DNA from: Ancylonema sp.
Taxonomy: Eukaryota
Length of the DNA stretch: 64,000 nt
NCBI GenBank assembly: GCA_050230475.1
Contig: JBFLGF010000106.1
Location: forward strand, 1-64,000
Direction of reading: 5' to 3'
Part shown: positions 53,296 to 64,000 of the stretch, piece after piece
How the letters are laid out: the number at the start of each line of letters is the position of its first letter
How positions within the stretch are numbered: position 1 is the first letter of the stretch
The notes under the pieces: generated by a model
What the model saw: the letters and a program-made list of their open reading frames with translations, nothing else
Told to the model about the DNA's origin: nothing
The model's database searches: none
Made by a program: the position numbers and the translations under genes

Positions 53296-54506
53296 TATTC
53301 GACGTGAAAACACGCTCTCCGACTCAGATTGAGTACGTACTGTAAAAAGTGGAACAGACACTGTGCTTACGAGCGGAAATGCATCTTTGCAATCCCCGAA
53401 AAGCAGAGCTGATGAGGACAATGCATCTGTACCAAGGGATCAACCATAGGGCAGGAGGCCGCCGATGGGAAGAAGCTACCCGCGATGGGGGGCAGCAATC
53501 GGATCCCTCCGAAACGCGCCTGCACTGCAAGCCCCCGCCAGGCTTCAGAGCCAATTCAGATGCGAGTGAGATGAGACACAGGCGCACTGCTGCGCTCTCT
53601 CGATTTCTACCCCGTCACGTCACCGATCCTGCCAGCGTTGGCTGCCAGCGTCGATTCCACGTCCTCAACGAATTACTACGAATTACTGGGAGAATTACTA
53701 GTGAGTGACTGATTTTTAGACTGTTTTATCGGCAAGCACTTCGAGTATCATTTTGACGCGATACCTGCAGGTTAACCTCGCGAACTGCAACGGATAACTT
53801 CGAGGCAATAGGGCGTATAGAAAATAGTGGTACCTGATCGTATTTCGTATCACTGCAAGATTTTTGAGGAATATCAATTCGACACTTACACGCGACAAAA
53901 ATGAAGCGGAGGGTACCACGACGACAGCAACGAGGATCGCAATTGTGAAACGAGTATCTTACTTTGTGATACCCAGACCATAGTTGTGATACGGCGCTCA
54001 GAGCGTATCACTTCATCAAATCTAAAACGCCACGATGTGATTCGCCGTGACACTGGAAGTGATACTTCAAATCAGGCGCAATTCAAGTGATACTCCGAAG
54101 TGCTTGCCGCAAATATTACTTTTTCCGCGAAAAATGGAATCTTTCCGAAGTGGTGGCCGAAGTGAAGCCGCAGGTCCTCTACGTGTGCTCTAAATTTGTT
54201 ACGGTTGATTTGGTTCGGATCTCTACCTAAGCCTTAGAAATACATCACTGCGTGACTCGTTTAAAATTCAAATCAGACATTTGTGCCATATAACTTCAAC
54301 ATTTCTGGCGCTTTCCTTCTATCAGCAGTCGAGGTTTCCTGGAGTAGAGGGCCTGGCGCAATGCCGCAAATTGGCTCCCTGCGGCCTGGTATGCACGGCC
54401 AGGAGCAGGTCACACCTGGCATACGGTCATTGGCTGGGTCAGGTATGTGTCTGGCAGTCTCCCGGAGCTGACTGCTGACACGCAGCACCCCGCAAAAATG
54501 GTCTGA

Positions 54507-57500
54507 ATGTCTATATTTATCTCACCATTCTCCCTCGCCACCGTTGTCGTGGCTTCTACTTTGTGCCGCGTTCATCCTTGCCGTCGGATTTCTGATCCGA
54601 AGAGGTGTCGGACGTGTTGTGGGTACAGAATTGGATTCTCGGGATGGGCGGTCTCCGATCTCAGCCGCTTCGGTTTTGCCTAGAGAGTGCGCCATGTGCA
54701 AAGGGGGCACCAAAAGGAGGTGCTCTGGCTGCAAGACAGTCTACTACTGGTGGGCCCCACTCGTCTGTCTCGGAATCAACTTTTAAAACTGAAAGGGTCC
54801 AGTCGGACGTGAGTCATCGGGGGACTCCTCGGAAAATCGTGTAATATTAATACAAAGGGTATTCTATACATTTATGTGAAGATCCATACGCATCTGTATA
54901 TAATCCATGCGCATTCTAGTGATTAGAAACTCGATTCTACATCCAGCGGGGTATTTTTAGAAAATCTGAAGGCCCAGCTTCCTCGAAGCGAATTCCGTAG
55001 AGATGTATACCTTATTTTGTTCCTCATCCTCACCTCCTGAACCCTAGATCCCGAACTTGTTTCGCCCACCCGCAGTTCTTCTGAGTGTCAGAGGCGACAC
55101 TGGCTTGGGAGCCATAGGAAAGTTTGTGCGGACCTCAAAGTTGCTCCTCAGCCGTCAGCCACTTACCTTCGCTTACCCCCTGCGAGGTCTACGGAAGGCC
55201 AGCTGCAGGCCCCGCAGCAGGTGCCTGCTCCCCTTTACAACGAATAAATCAAAGGCTCATCTCAGACACCGAAGATCATGAAAGCTGACCAGTGTCTGAG
55301 TGCAGATTCTGCATCCTTACCAAGACTTTCTCGACCTCGCTAAGTGGGATGAGCTCACTCAAGCCCCTGCAGGCATCCTGAACAGTGGGAACAGGTATGA
55401 ATGGCTTGTTGTTCAGGTTCTAATTCAGGTTCAGGTTCAGGTGCAGGTGCAGGTTTCGGCTTCATGTATCGAATTTCAGGTTGCCACATTTGTTGTGTTT
55501 CTGGGTTAGTGTTCATGTGGGACAAGCATGCGGGTGAGAACACCGCATTCATGTTTCATGTTTCATGTTTCCTGCCCCGGGGAGGCGTGGTGCAGCTGCT
55601 TTGTGAACGCGGTTCTTCAGTGCCTCACCTATACCCGCCCCCTGGCAGCCTACCTCCTCAGGGGAGACCACAGTGCCAGCTGTAAGCCTTCCTCCCATCC
55701 AGGTTCACATCCGACATCATAAGGGATGCAAACCAACTCGAAACAGAGAGAGGGTCGCAGGCGCTCGAGCCCCCCCCTGTCTTCTTTGTGAGCTGGAGCG
55801 CCACGTCCAGGTGGCGCGACGTGAGGGGGCGGATGAGCAACCCATGAGCGGCACCCGCTTCCTGCACCTCCTCCGCCACTTGGGCAGCGCGTTAGGGGAG
55901 GGGGGGCAGGAGGACAGCCACGAGTTCATGCGGTTTGCGGTGGACACGATGCAGAGAGTGTGTCTGGATGGGGTGGGGGGGGAGGGGAAGGTGGATTCCC
56001 GTTCCGAGGAAACCACTTTCATCCACCACGTCTTCGGGGGCCTGCTGCTGTCCAAGGTGCAATGCATGGTCTGCCACACCGCCTCCCTCCGCTACGAAAG
56101 CATTCTGGACGTGGCGTGCGAGATCGAGGGGGGGGTGGAGTCGCTGGAGGAGGCTCTGACGCGTTTCACGGCGGTGGAGTGGCTGGATGGCGACAACAAG
56201 TACTCCTGCGACAAGTAGGGATGAAGGGGGGGGAGGGTAGGGGGGGGGGGGCAGTGCCAGAAAGGGATGGGCTGTGAGAGGCTGGGGGGGCGGGGCAGGT
56301 GTAAGGGCTATGTGAGAGCTGGGAAGCAGTTGGCAATCCAGGAGGCCCCCAATATACTCACAATCTCCCTCAAGCGCTTTCAGGTTGGTTTTCCATGGGG
56401 TTTTGGTCTAGGTTTTTCGGTTCACAGTTCGATATCTATTTCAGGTTCTAAGTTTCAGGGTTTAGGTGTTAGGATTTGGGGTTTAGGGTTCCCGGTTGTG
56501 GGTGCGGGTTTCTGGGTCCAGCATATTATTGCTCGTGGATCGTGCCAGAAATAGGAAAGGGATACGGGGTTTCAGAACCAAAACCTACAAACGTGCACAC
56601 CAGACCACTGGGAACTGAACCAGTGCCAAGTGTGTGCAGGCGGGGCGGTTTGGGAAGTTGAACAAAAAAGTTTCGTTCCCTGCAACCCTCGACCTGACCC
56701 CTTACATGGCTGAGGGGAAGTCCGCGCCTTTGTATCACCTTTACGCTCTGGTGAGGCCTAACAGGAGGGGCCATAGGGAGAACGACCATGGAAGAAATTA
56801 TTCATAATTTGGGAAGATTTTTTTTTTTGGTTAAAAAAATAAAAACAAAAATTTGTTCACCATTATCTACGAGTTACGTTGGTGTGTTTCAGGTGGTGCA
56901 CTTGGATGCGTTCAACTCCTCCTTCTGGGGTCACTATGTCTGCTGGCTGGTAAGGTCGACTAGGATCAATTTGGGGCTCATGTAGACGGTCATTTCGATT
57001 TCATTTCCCGCGACATTTCATAACAATACTCACATGTACAACTATACTCAAGTTTCAGGTTTTCAGGCCTCGAAATGCTACTGCGACTGCAAGTTTTTAA
57101 AACTTGGGGATTGGGGTTGTGGGGGTTGGGGGGATGCAGAAGGACTCAAATGGACAGTGGTACAAAGTGGATGACGATTCCGTTGGTGTCAGCACCCTCT
57201 CTGACGCGCTTCGTCAGCAAGCTTACCTCCTCTTCTACAGCCGGTAGGCCACCCATCCCACAAAGAGGTCGCGTAAAGTGGGAGTGGGGTGGGGGTGCTG
57301 AATTACTCTAGGGAAAGACGTCTGGCTTGCCCTGGGTTTCGGGTTTTGGGTTCTGAGTTTTGGGTTCTGGGTCCAGCGAAACTCCCCGAGCCGCACCTGT
57401 GGCTGTACCTTCCCCTGGGGCAGCAACACATGTCGTGAAAGCAGAGGCAGAGAGGGAGGTTGAGGAAGGCGCGGCAAACGAGAGAGAGAGGGGGGTGGGG

Positions 57501-57965
57501 GTAGGGGCGGACAGGTCGCATGGTTTGGGAGAGAGCCTTCCTCATCCAGAACCAGGGGAGGGTGAGGACTCTGAGGGTGGGGCAACGGAGGAAGAGGAGG
57601 CTGGGAATGCTGGGGGCAGATGCTCTGATGCTGACGTGGAGGTGAAGTACGCTGGTGGGGATGGCAGAGATGGTGCGCCAGCTGTTTGTTCCAAGAGAGA
57701 GTCTGGAAGTGAGGGTGGGGCAGGGGGGAGTGTACGGTTGAGTACGGCGGAGGGGGGGGGGGAGGGGGTGGAGGGGCAGACTCGGCTGCAAGGGCTTCTG
57801 GACAAGGGGAGGCAAAAGAGGTTTGGGGGGGGAGGGGTGGTTGGAGGGGGGAAGCAAGGAAGGAATGAATCGTGCGCGTGTGGGTCGGGGCGGAAGTGGA
57901 AAAAGTGTTGCGGGACGGGAGCGCTGGATAGAGTTTTGGCGCCGGAACAAATCCGGGCACCGTGA
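54507..57965 (+). CDS. Ubiquitin carboxyl-terminal hydrolase of the UBP15-19 type (TM, MYND zinc finger, USP domain) with a C-terminal SEC-C motif; start codon uncertain
   Basis: Hydrophobic N-terminus; [33 protein letters not shown]; Cys box [26 protein letters not shown]; His box GHYVC, WYKVDD, AYLLFY; junction CG|C GAA keeps the last exon ([19 protein letters not shown]) in frame. Confidence 0.93.
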
Positions 57966-58728
57966 AGGGATTTTTGACATCGAGGGAGGGTGCGTCACAT
58001 GTGATTATGTATATATTTGCCGCCATTGTGTCGTTTTGCAAATGAAGGTGTGGTAGAGTGCAAAAGTCTTATGGTCGGAGCATGTGTCTCGCATGCATTT
58101 TAGATTACGAACTGTGTGTTGGTGTGGTATACATTGTGGTTCTCCATTGCTGCCTCGTTCACCCGCTTGCATCTATGGCGCATCCATTGCTTTTTAATGT
58201 GTGTGGGGAGATGTTGACTCGTGTTTGTCTCGAATGCTGCTCTTGCCAATTCCTATCTGCTGTGTGATCAAACACACCCTCCCAAATGGTAGAACGACTG
58301 AACAACCAAATGTCGATGGTGCTCGAGACGAATGAAGAGGGTTCAACAAAGAGGTATTGAACAAGCGGGGTTGGTGTATTGGGAGTTATAGACAACCCTC
58401 TCTAATGTATCACAACCCCGCCAAGCCTGGGGTGGGAATTGAATTCCGGGTTCCGCCCCCCCCAGCCTGGGTTGGAGGGGTTTAGTGGAGTGTGGAAAAT
58501 TGACGGATGGTGGAGTTCTTGCGAACTCCGGACGATCATGTGGTCGAAGTTGGAGATTGGTCAGTGTTAGGTGTTGGGGGTTGCGCACAATGCTAGGTAC
58601 AATAGATCATACTTCATAAGCACATGTGAAATGGGACATCTCACCTGCGCTCACATGAGACATGTGACTCGTGGCAAACGTCCTTATGACTCGATGCAGC
58701 CATTTGACTTGTTTCGCACATGCCCCGG

Positions 58729-60570
58729 TTCAGGTGGTGCACTTGGATGCGTTCAACTCCTCCTTCTGGGGTCACTATGTCTGCTGGCTGGTAAGGTCGA
58801 CTAGGATCAATTTGGGGCTCATGTAGACGGTCATTTCGATTTCATTTCCCGCGACATTTCATAACAATACTCACATGTACAACTATACTCAAGTTTCAGG
58901 TTTTCAGGCCTCGAAATGCTACTGCGACTGCAAGTTTTTAAAACTTGGGGATTGGGGTTGTGGGGGTTGGGGGGATGCAGAAGGACTCAAATGGACAGTG
59001 GTACAAAGTGGATGACGATTCCGTTGGTGTCAGCACCCTCTCTGACGCGCTTCGTCAGCAAGCTTACCTCCTCTTCTACAGCCGGTAGGCCACCCATCCC
59101 ACAAAGAGGTCGCGTAAAGTGGGAGTGGGGTGGGGGTGCTGAATTACTCTAGGGAAAGACGTCTGGCTTGCCCTGGGTTTCGGGTTTTGGGTTCTGAGTT
59201 TTGGGTTCTGGGTCCAGCGAAACTCCCCGAGCCGCACCTGTGGCTGTACCTTCCCCTGGGGCAGCAACACATGTCGTGAAAGCAGAGGCAGAGAGGGAGG
59301 TTGAGGAAGGCGCGGCAAACGAGAGAGAGAGGGGGGTGGGGGTAGGGGCGGACAGGTCGCATGGTTTGGGAGAGAGCCTTCCTCATCCAGAACCAGGGGA
59401 GGGTGAGGACTCTGAGGGTGGGGCAACGGAGGAAGAGGAGGCTGGGAATGCTGGGGGCAGATGCTCTGATGCTGACGTGGAGGTGAAGTACGCTGGTGGG
59501 GATGGCAGAGATGGTGCGCCAGCTGTTTGTTCCAAGAGAGAGTCTGGAAGTGAGGGTGGGGCAGGGGGGAGTGTACGGTTGAGTACGGCGGAGGGGGGGG
59601 GGGAGGGGGTGGAGGGGCAGACTCGGCTGCAAGGGCTTCTGGACAAGGGGAGGCAAAAGAGGTTTGGGGGGGGAGGGGTGGTTGGAGGGGGGAAGCAAGG
59701 AAGGAATGAATCGTGCGCGTGTGGGTCGGGGCGGAAGTGGAAAAAGTGTTGCGGGACGGGAGCGCTGGATAGAGTTTTGGCGCCGGAACAAATCCGGGCA
59801 CCGTGAAGGGATTTTTGACATCGAGGGAGGGTGCGTCACATGTGATTATGTATATATTTGCCGCCATTGTGTCGTTTTGCAAATGAAGGTGTGGTAGAGT
59901 GCAAAAGTCTTATGGTCGGAGCATGTGTCTCGCATGCATTTTAGATTACGAACTGTGTGTTGGTGTGGTATACATTGTGGTTCTCCATTGCTGCCTCGTT
60001 CACCCGCTTGCATCTATGGCGCATCCATTGCTTTTTAATGTGTGTGGGGAGATGTTGACTCGTGTTTGTCTCGAATGCTGCTCTTGCCAATTCCTATCTG
60101 CTGTGTGATCAAACACACCCTCCCAAATGGTAGAACGACTGAACAACCAAATGTCGATGGTGCTCGAGACGAATGAAGAGGGTTCAACAAAGAGGTATTG
60201 AACAAGCGGGGTTGGTGTATTGGGAGTTATAGACAACCCTCTCTAATGTATCACAACCCCGCCAAGCCTGGGGTGGGAATTGAATTCCGGGTTCCGCCCC
60301 CCCCAGCCTGGGTTGGAGGGGTTTAGTGGAGTGTGGAAAATTGACGGATGGTGGAGTTCTTGCGAACTCCGGACGATCATGTGGTCGAAGTTGGAGATTG
60401 GTCAGTGTTAGGTGTTGGGGGTTGCGCACAATGCTAGGTACAATAGATCATACTTCATAAGCACATGTGAAATGGGACATCTCACCTGCGCTCACATGAG
60501 ACATGTGACTCGTGGCAAACGTCCTTATGACTCGATGCAGCCATTTGACTTGTTTCGCACATGCCCCGGT
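58729..60570 (+). repeat. Apparently identical 1841-bp tandem copy of 56888-58729 (last three USP exons plus 3' flank)
   Basis: ORF track repeats at offset 1841; junction ccccgg|ttcaggtgg. Confidence 0.95.
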
Positions 60571-61050
60571 CCACCCAGCTCCCATCGAGTTCGGGTTGGA
60601 TCCCCCAAACCATGTCGGGCACTCCCACCCGGGTTCCCAATCATTTTCTCCATGGTTGGGCTGGCGGCTGGCCAGCTTCAAGGGTTGTGCACAATGCTGG
60701 AAAACTTGCTGAAAAACTTTGACGTGTGGGGCCGGCATCACGGGAGATCCACGAGCCGTATTGGTTTGCATGATTTGTACGTTTTGTACGTCTTGTTTTA
60801 AACTTGTGCACTCTTCTGTACGGTACGGTTTTCAGCGAAAAGTGAGTTGAAGCACACGATATCTGTAGGGTCAGATGAGCTGACACGAAAATCCACGTGG
60901 TCGTTGTCGTCACAGCTGAAGTCAACCTCCTTCGTTGACTTGCATGTGCCGCAGGTGACAATCGCCTCCCAAACATATTTATGGCGGTCTGCAAACGCCA
61001 CATTGTAGAAATCGCCCCTTGTCTCTCAGCCGTTGTCACGGTGGACAAAA

Positions 61051-63945
61051 ATGGCTGCCACTGTGACTGGGCGTTTAAGCATGCGCCACGTGGTCCTCCA
61101 GCCCGCTATCCCGCCGCGTGGTCCAGCCACTTGTACCGCTGAGTCCGCTTCTTGGGGAACCCGTGCGCTTGGCCCACTGTCCGAGACGTGCACCTGTGAA
61201 AAGAAAGACTTGGAATTGTTACATTCCAAACACCCTTACCGCTCCCAGACTGTCTCCGACTTCCGTCCCCAGTTATTTCCCAACCCCAACAAATATTTCA
61301 ATTGTACCAAACCGACGCGATGGACGCGTGTCGCGCAGAAGACTGCCCCTCAGTACGTGGTGGCTACTGGCAGTGGAGGCGCGCCCTCCGCTGGTCCCCC
61401 TTACAACGACGGCGATAGGAGAAGTCGAGAGACCAGGTACCCGAGTGACGAAGCTGATGCACGGGGTGCTGGTTCTCGGACAAGCGGACGTGGCGCAAAT
61501 CGAGAATCTTATCCTCAGCCAGCAGCGGCGGGTCTGAGAGATGCGCCGGAAGAGAGGGCGCAGTCGTCGATAGGACTGCAAAAGAGTCGGGGCGAGCTGT
61601 ATATAGAAGAACAGGGAAGGGAGGGAAATTTGGCGGGAAGCGACACTCTGTGGGGATACGATTCGGAGGACGGAGGTCAGGGAGTCGATGACGACTCAGC
61701 AGACGTGGCAGTCGCTGGTTCTGTTTCAGAGCAGTTTCCTGACGGTGGGGAGAAGTTTCTCGGAAAAGAGAGAGTGGAATCTGTTTCAAGACGGAAGAAA
61801 CTGAGTGGCCAGGAGAAAGCTCTGCTGGCTGCTGCCCAGCGGCATGTTGCCACGTGTTACGGGTGTGGAGCAGCTCTGCAGACTGGGGAACCAGAGGCGC
61901 CAGGATACGTGCCGCTAGACACCTACACCCTGGTTAGTCCCCTCCTTGTAGGTCGGTTATGGAGTATTGACCCCACACACAACGTCTCAAAGGAGGATCG
62001 AGAATCATGCCATTGGTTTTCCCACATTCTAAACATTTCGTTTTTTTTCCCACCTCATTATTGGGGCTAAACAGTAAACCCCATGGCTGGGTGGCTTGGC
62101 GGCTGGGTGTTCAGAAGAAGAGACATCACCAGCTGGGCAGTGTGGTTTGCACGCGGTGCCGCCAGCTGTCGCAGGGCACTATGGTACCGGCTGTGGGGGG
62201 CAATGGGGGGTATGGGTCTGGGAAGGGGTTTGTGCTGGCGGACGATCTGAGGCGCCAGCTGGCACACCTCCGGTTGCAGAAGGCCCTCATCGTGAAACTG
62301 GTGAGGTGGCAGTGGTGTCTGAACCCCAACCCTTCTGAACCGAAATATTGGACGAAGCACCTTCTTGCATCCTCATCATTGACTTCAGCATTTCAAACAA
62401 TTGGAGCTCAACACATTCCTGAATCCTAAACATCCATCTCAAGGTTCCAGGTCTCCTGACTCGGGTTCAGAGGCAATGAGGGGATGTGGGGTTTTGGGCT
62501 CATGATTACATTCGGCCTTCCTGTCCTCTCGTGCGCCAGGTGGATGTGGTGGATTTCAACGGCAGCTTTTTGGGTCGTGTGCGGGATCTGGTTGGACCCA
62601 ATCCGATCGTCCTCGTGGTCACCTAGGTGGGGCCCACTCCCCGTTTCTTGTTTACCCAAAACTACGGGAGCAGAACCGTCCAAGTATCTTAAAAAACCCC
62701 TAAAACCCGGGGGCATGTCAAACAAATGACCCGAACAAACCTGATATCACGCCCTATGTACATGCTTTCCTGCTTTGCTTCGATACCGACTGACCTCAAC
62801 AACCTGTGCCCTACTCAGGGGGATACAATCGTCACCCTGAATAAAAACCCTAAAAACACCGTTCCCCTACCCACCAGGTAGACCTCCTCCCCGAGGGCAC
62901 CAATCTGGAGGCGGTTGGCGACTGGATCATCGAAACTGTGATGCGCAAAAAACTGAAGCAAGTCTTGTGCCCTCCCCCTCCCCCACATACTACCACACGT
63001 CCTCAACCCCCCCCCCCCCCCCTGTGCAGTGTCACCAGCGTCCACCTCAGCAGTGCCAAAGCCCACACCGGGATCGCATCGGTGGCAGCTGCCATCAACA
63101 AGGAGAGACAGGTAGGAAGCTTCCTCCCCGCCTTCCTGGGCGCTTTCTGACATACAACTGGGGGGGGTGGTGGGGGGGGGGAACAGGGCAGGGACGTGTA
63201 CGTCCTGGTAGGGTTTATCGTCCACTGGTCAGGGCTGGGGTTGGGGATCGATTTAGGGTTTAAGGGTCAGGGAGGAACGGGTTTTGGGTTTGCAGGGAGC
63301 AGCCAATGTGGGGAAGTCCGCTTTTGTCAGCGCTCTCCTGGGTAGGTTGGCTCACCCCCCTGAGCCCCCCCCACCACACCGTCTTTTCTTTACTTCAGTA
63401 CTACATTGCTTTATTTGTTTGTTTGTTGGTTTGGTTTTTCAGTCGTAAAAATCCGGCAACTATCAAATGTATGAAATAAAATCCTTGATTCATTGCTCAT
63501 GTTTGATTCTTCTGCTCTCTATATGCATCTTCTTGTTTTGCATCTATCATTTATCAATTATTAATTATCATTTAGAATCAATCATTCATTATTTATAGAC
63601 TGTAATTTAGAATCGATCAATCCATATTTCATCATTCATAATCAACAAAAAAAATCGTTTTTTTAAATCACGTGCTTCGTAAAATTTTCCCGTTCCACGT
63701 GTGCTTCCTCCCCCTCACCAAATTCCACGTCAACTCACCACCCTCCACCCTCCCATCCTCCCATCCTCCCATCCTCCCATCCTACGAACCCCCCCTTTAT
63801 TCTGTCTTCTGGTGTTTTCTCTGCAGAGGAATTGGCCGATCGCGAGCCAAACGCGGCGGCTGCTCGCCGAAGAAAGCCGATAGCCTCACCCATGCCAGGA
63901 ACAACCTTGGGCCCAATCGCCATCAAGGCCTTTGCCGGCTCTGAG
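61051..63945 (+). CDS. NOA1: NO-associated protein 1 / RIF1 (YqeH-type circularly permuted GTPase); 5' part, continues beyond the window; in-frame TAG at 62624-62626
   Basis: Transit-like N-terminus; CYGCG..PGYV, CTRCRQLS, VGGNGGY, LIVKLVDVVDFNGSFL, VDLLP, VHLSSAK, GRDVYVLGAANVGKSAF, PMPGTTLGPI. Confidence 0.95.
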
Positions 63946-64000
63946 GTGAACCACTCGCTGCAACCAAGTACAGGGCTGTGTGACAAACGATTGTCTATCA

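Overview
Eukaryotic nuclear DNA with many introns. The gene set (BIG/UBR4, NAL1, NOA1, UBP15-19 type, ABCB27 type, plus an MTHFR-like gene I do not recognise from angiosperms) and the G/C-run-rich exons suggest a streptophyte, probably a charophyte alga (inference). In order the window holds: TE remnants; a structurally complete but frameshifted Ty1/copia LTR retrotransposon (2114-7792, TAAAT TSD); a hAT-type non-autonomous element (8685-9737); an ABCB27/ALS1-like half transporter (-) head-to-head with a divergent MTHFR-like gene (+); the ~24.6 kb BIG/UBR4 gene (-); a NAL1-like trypsin protease (-) head-to-head with a TM-MYND-USP deubiquitinase that ends in a bacterial-type SEC-C zinc motif (+); and the 5' part of NOA1/RIF1 (+). 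The main oddities are the USP::SEC-C fusion, a TAG at the G4 Lys of NOA1, a diverged internal duplication and frameshifts in BIG, a gag ATG inside the 5' LTR, and three near-perfect tandem duplications that may be assembly artefacts. Exon boundaries were read by eye.
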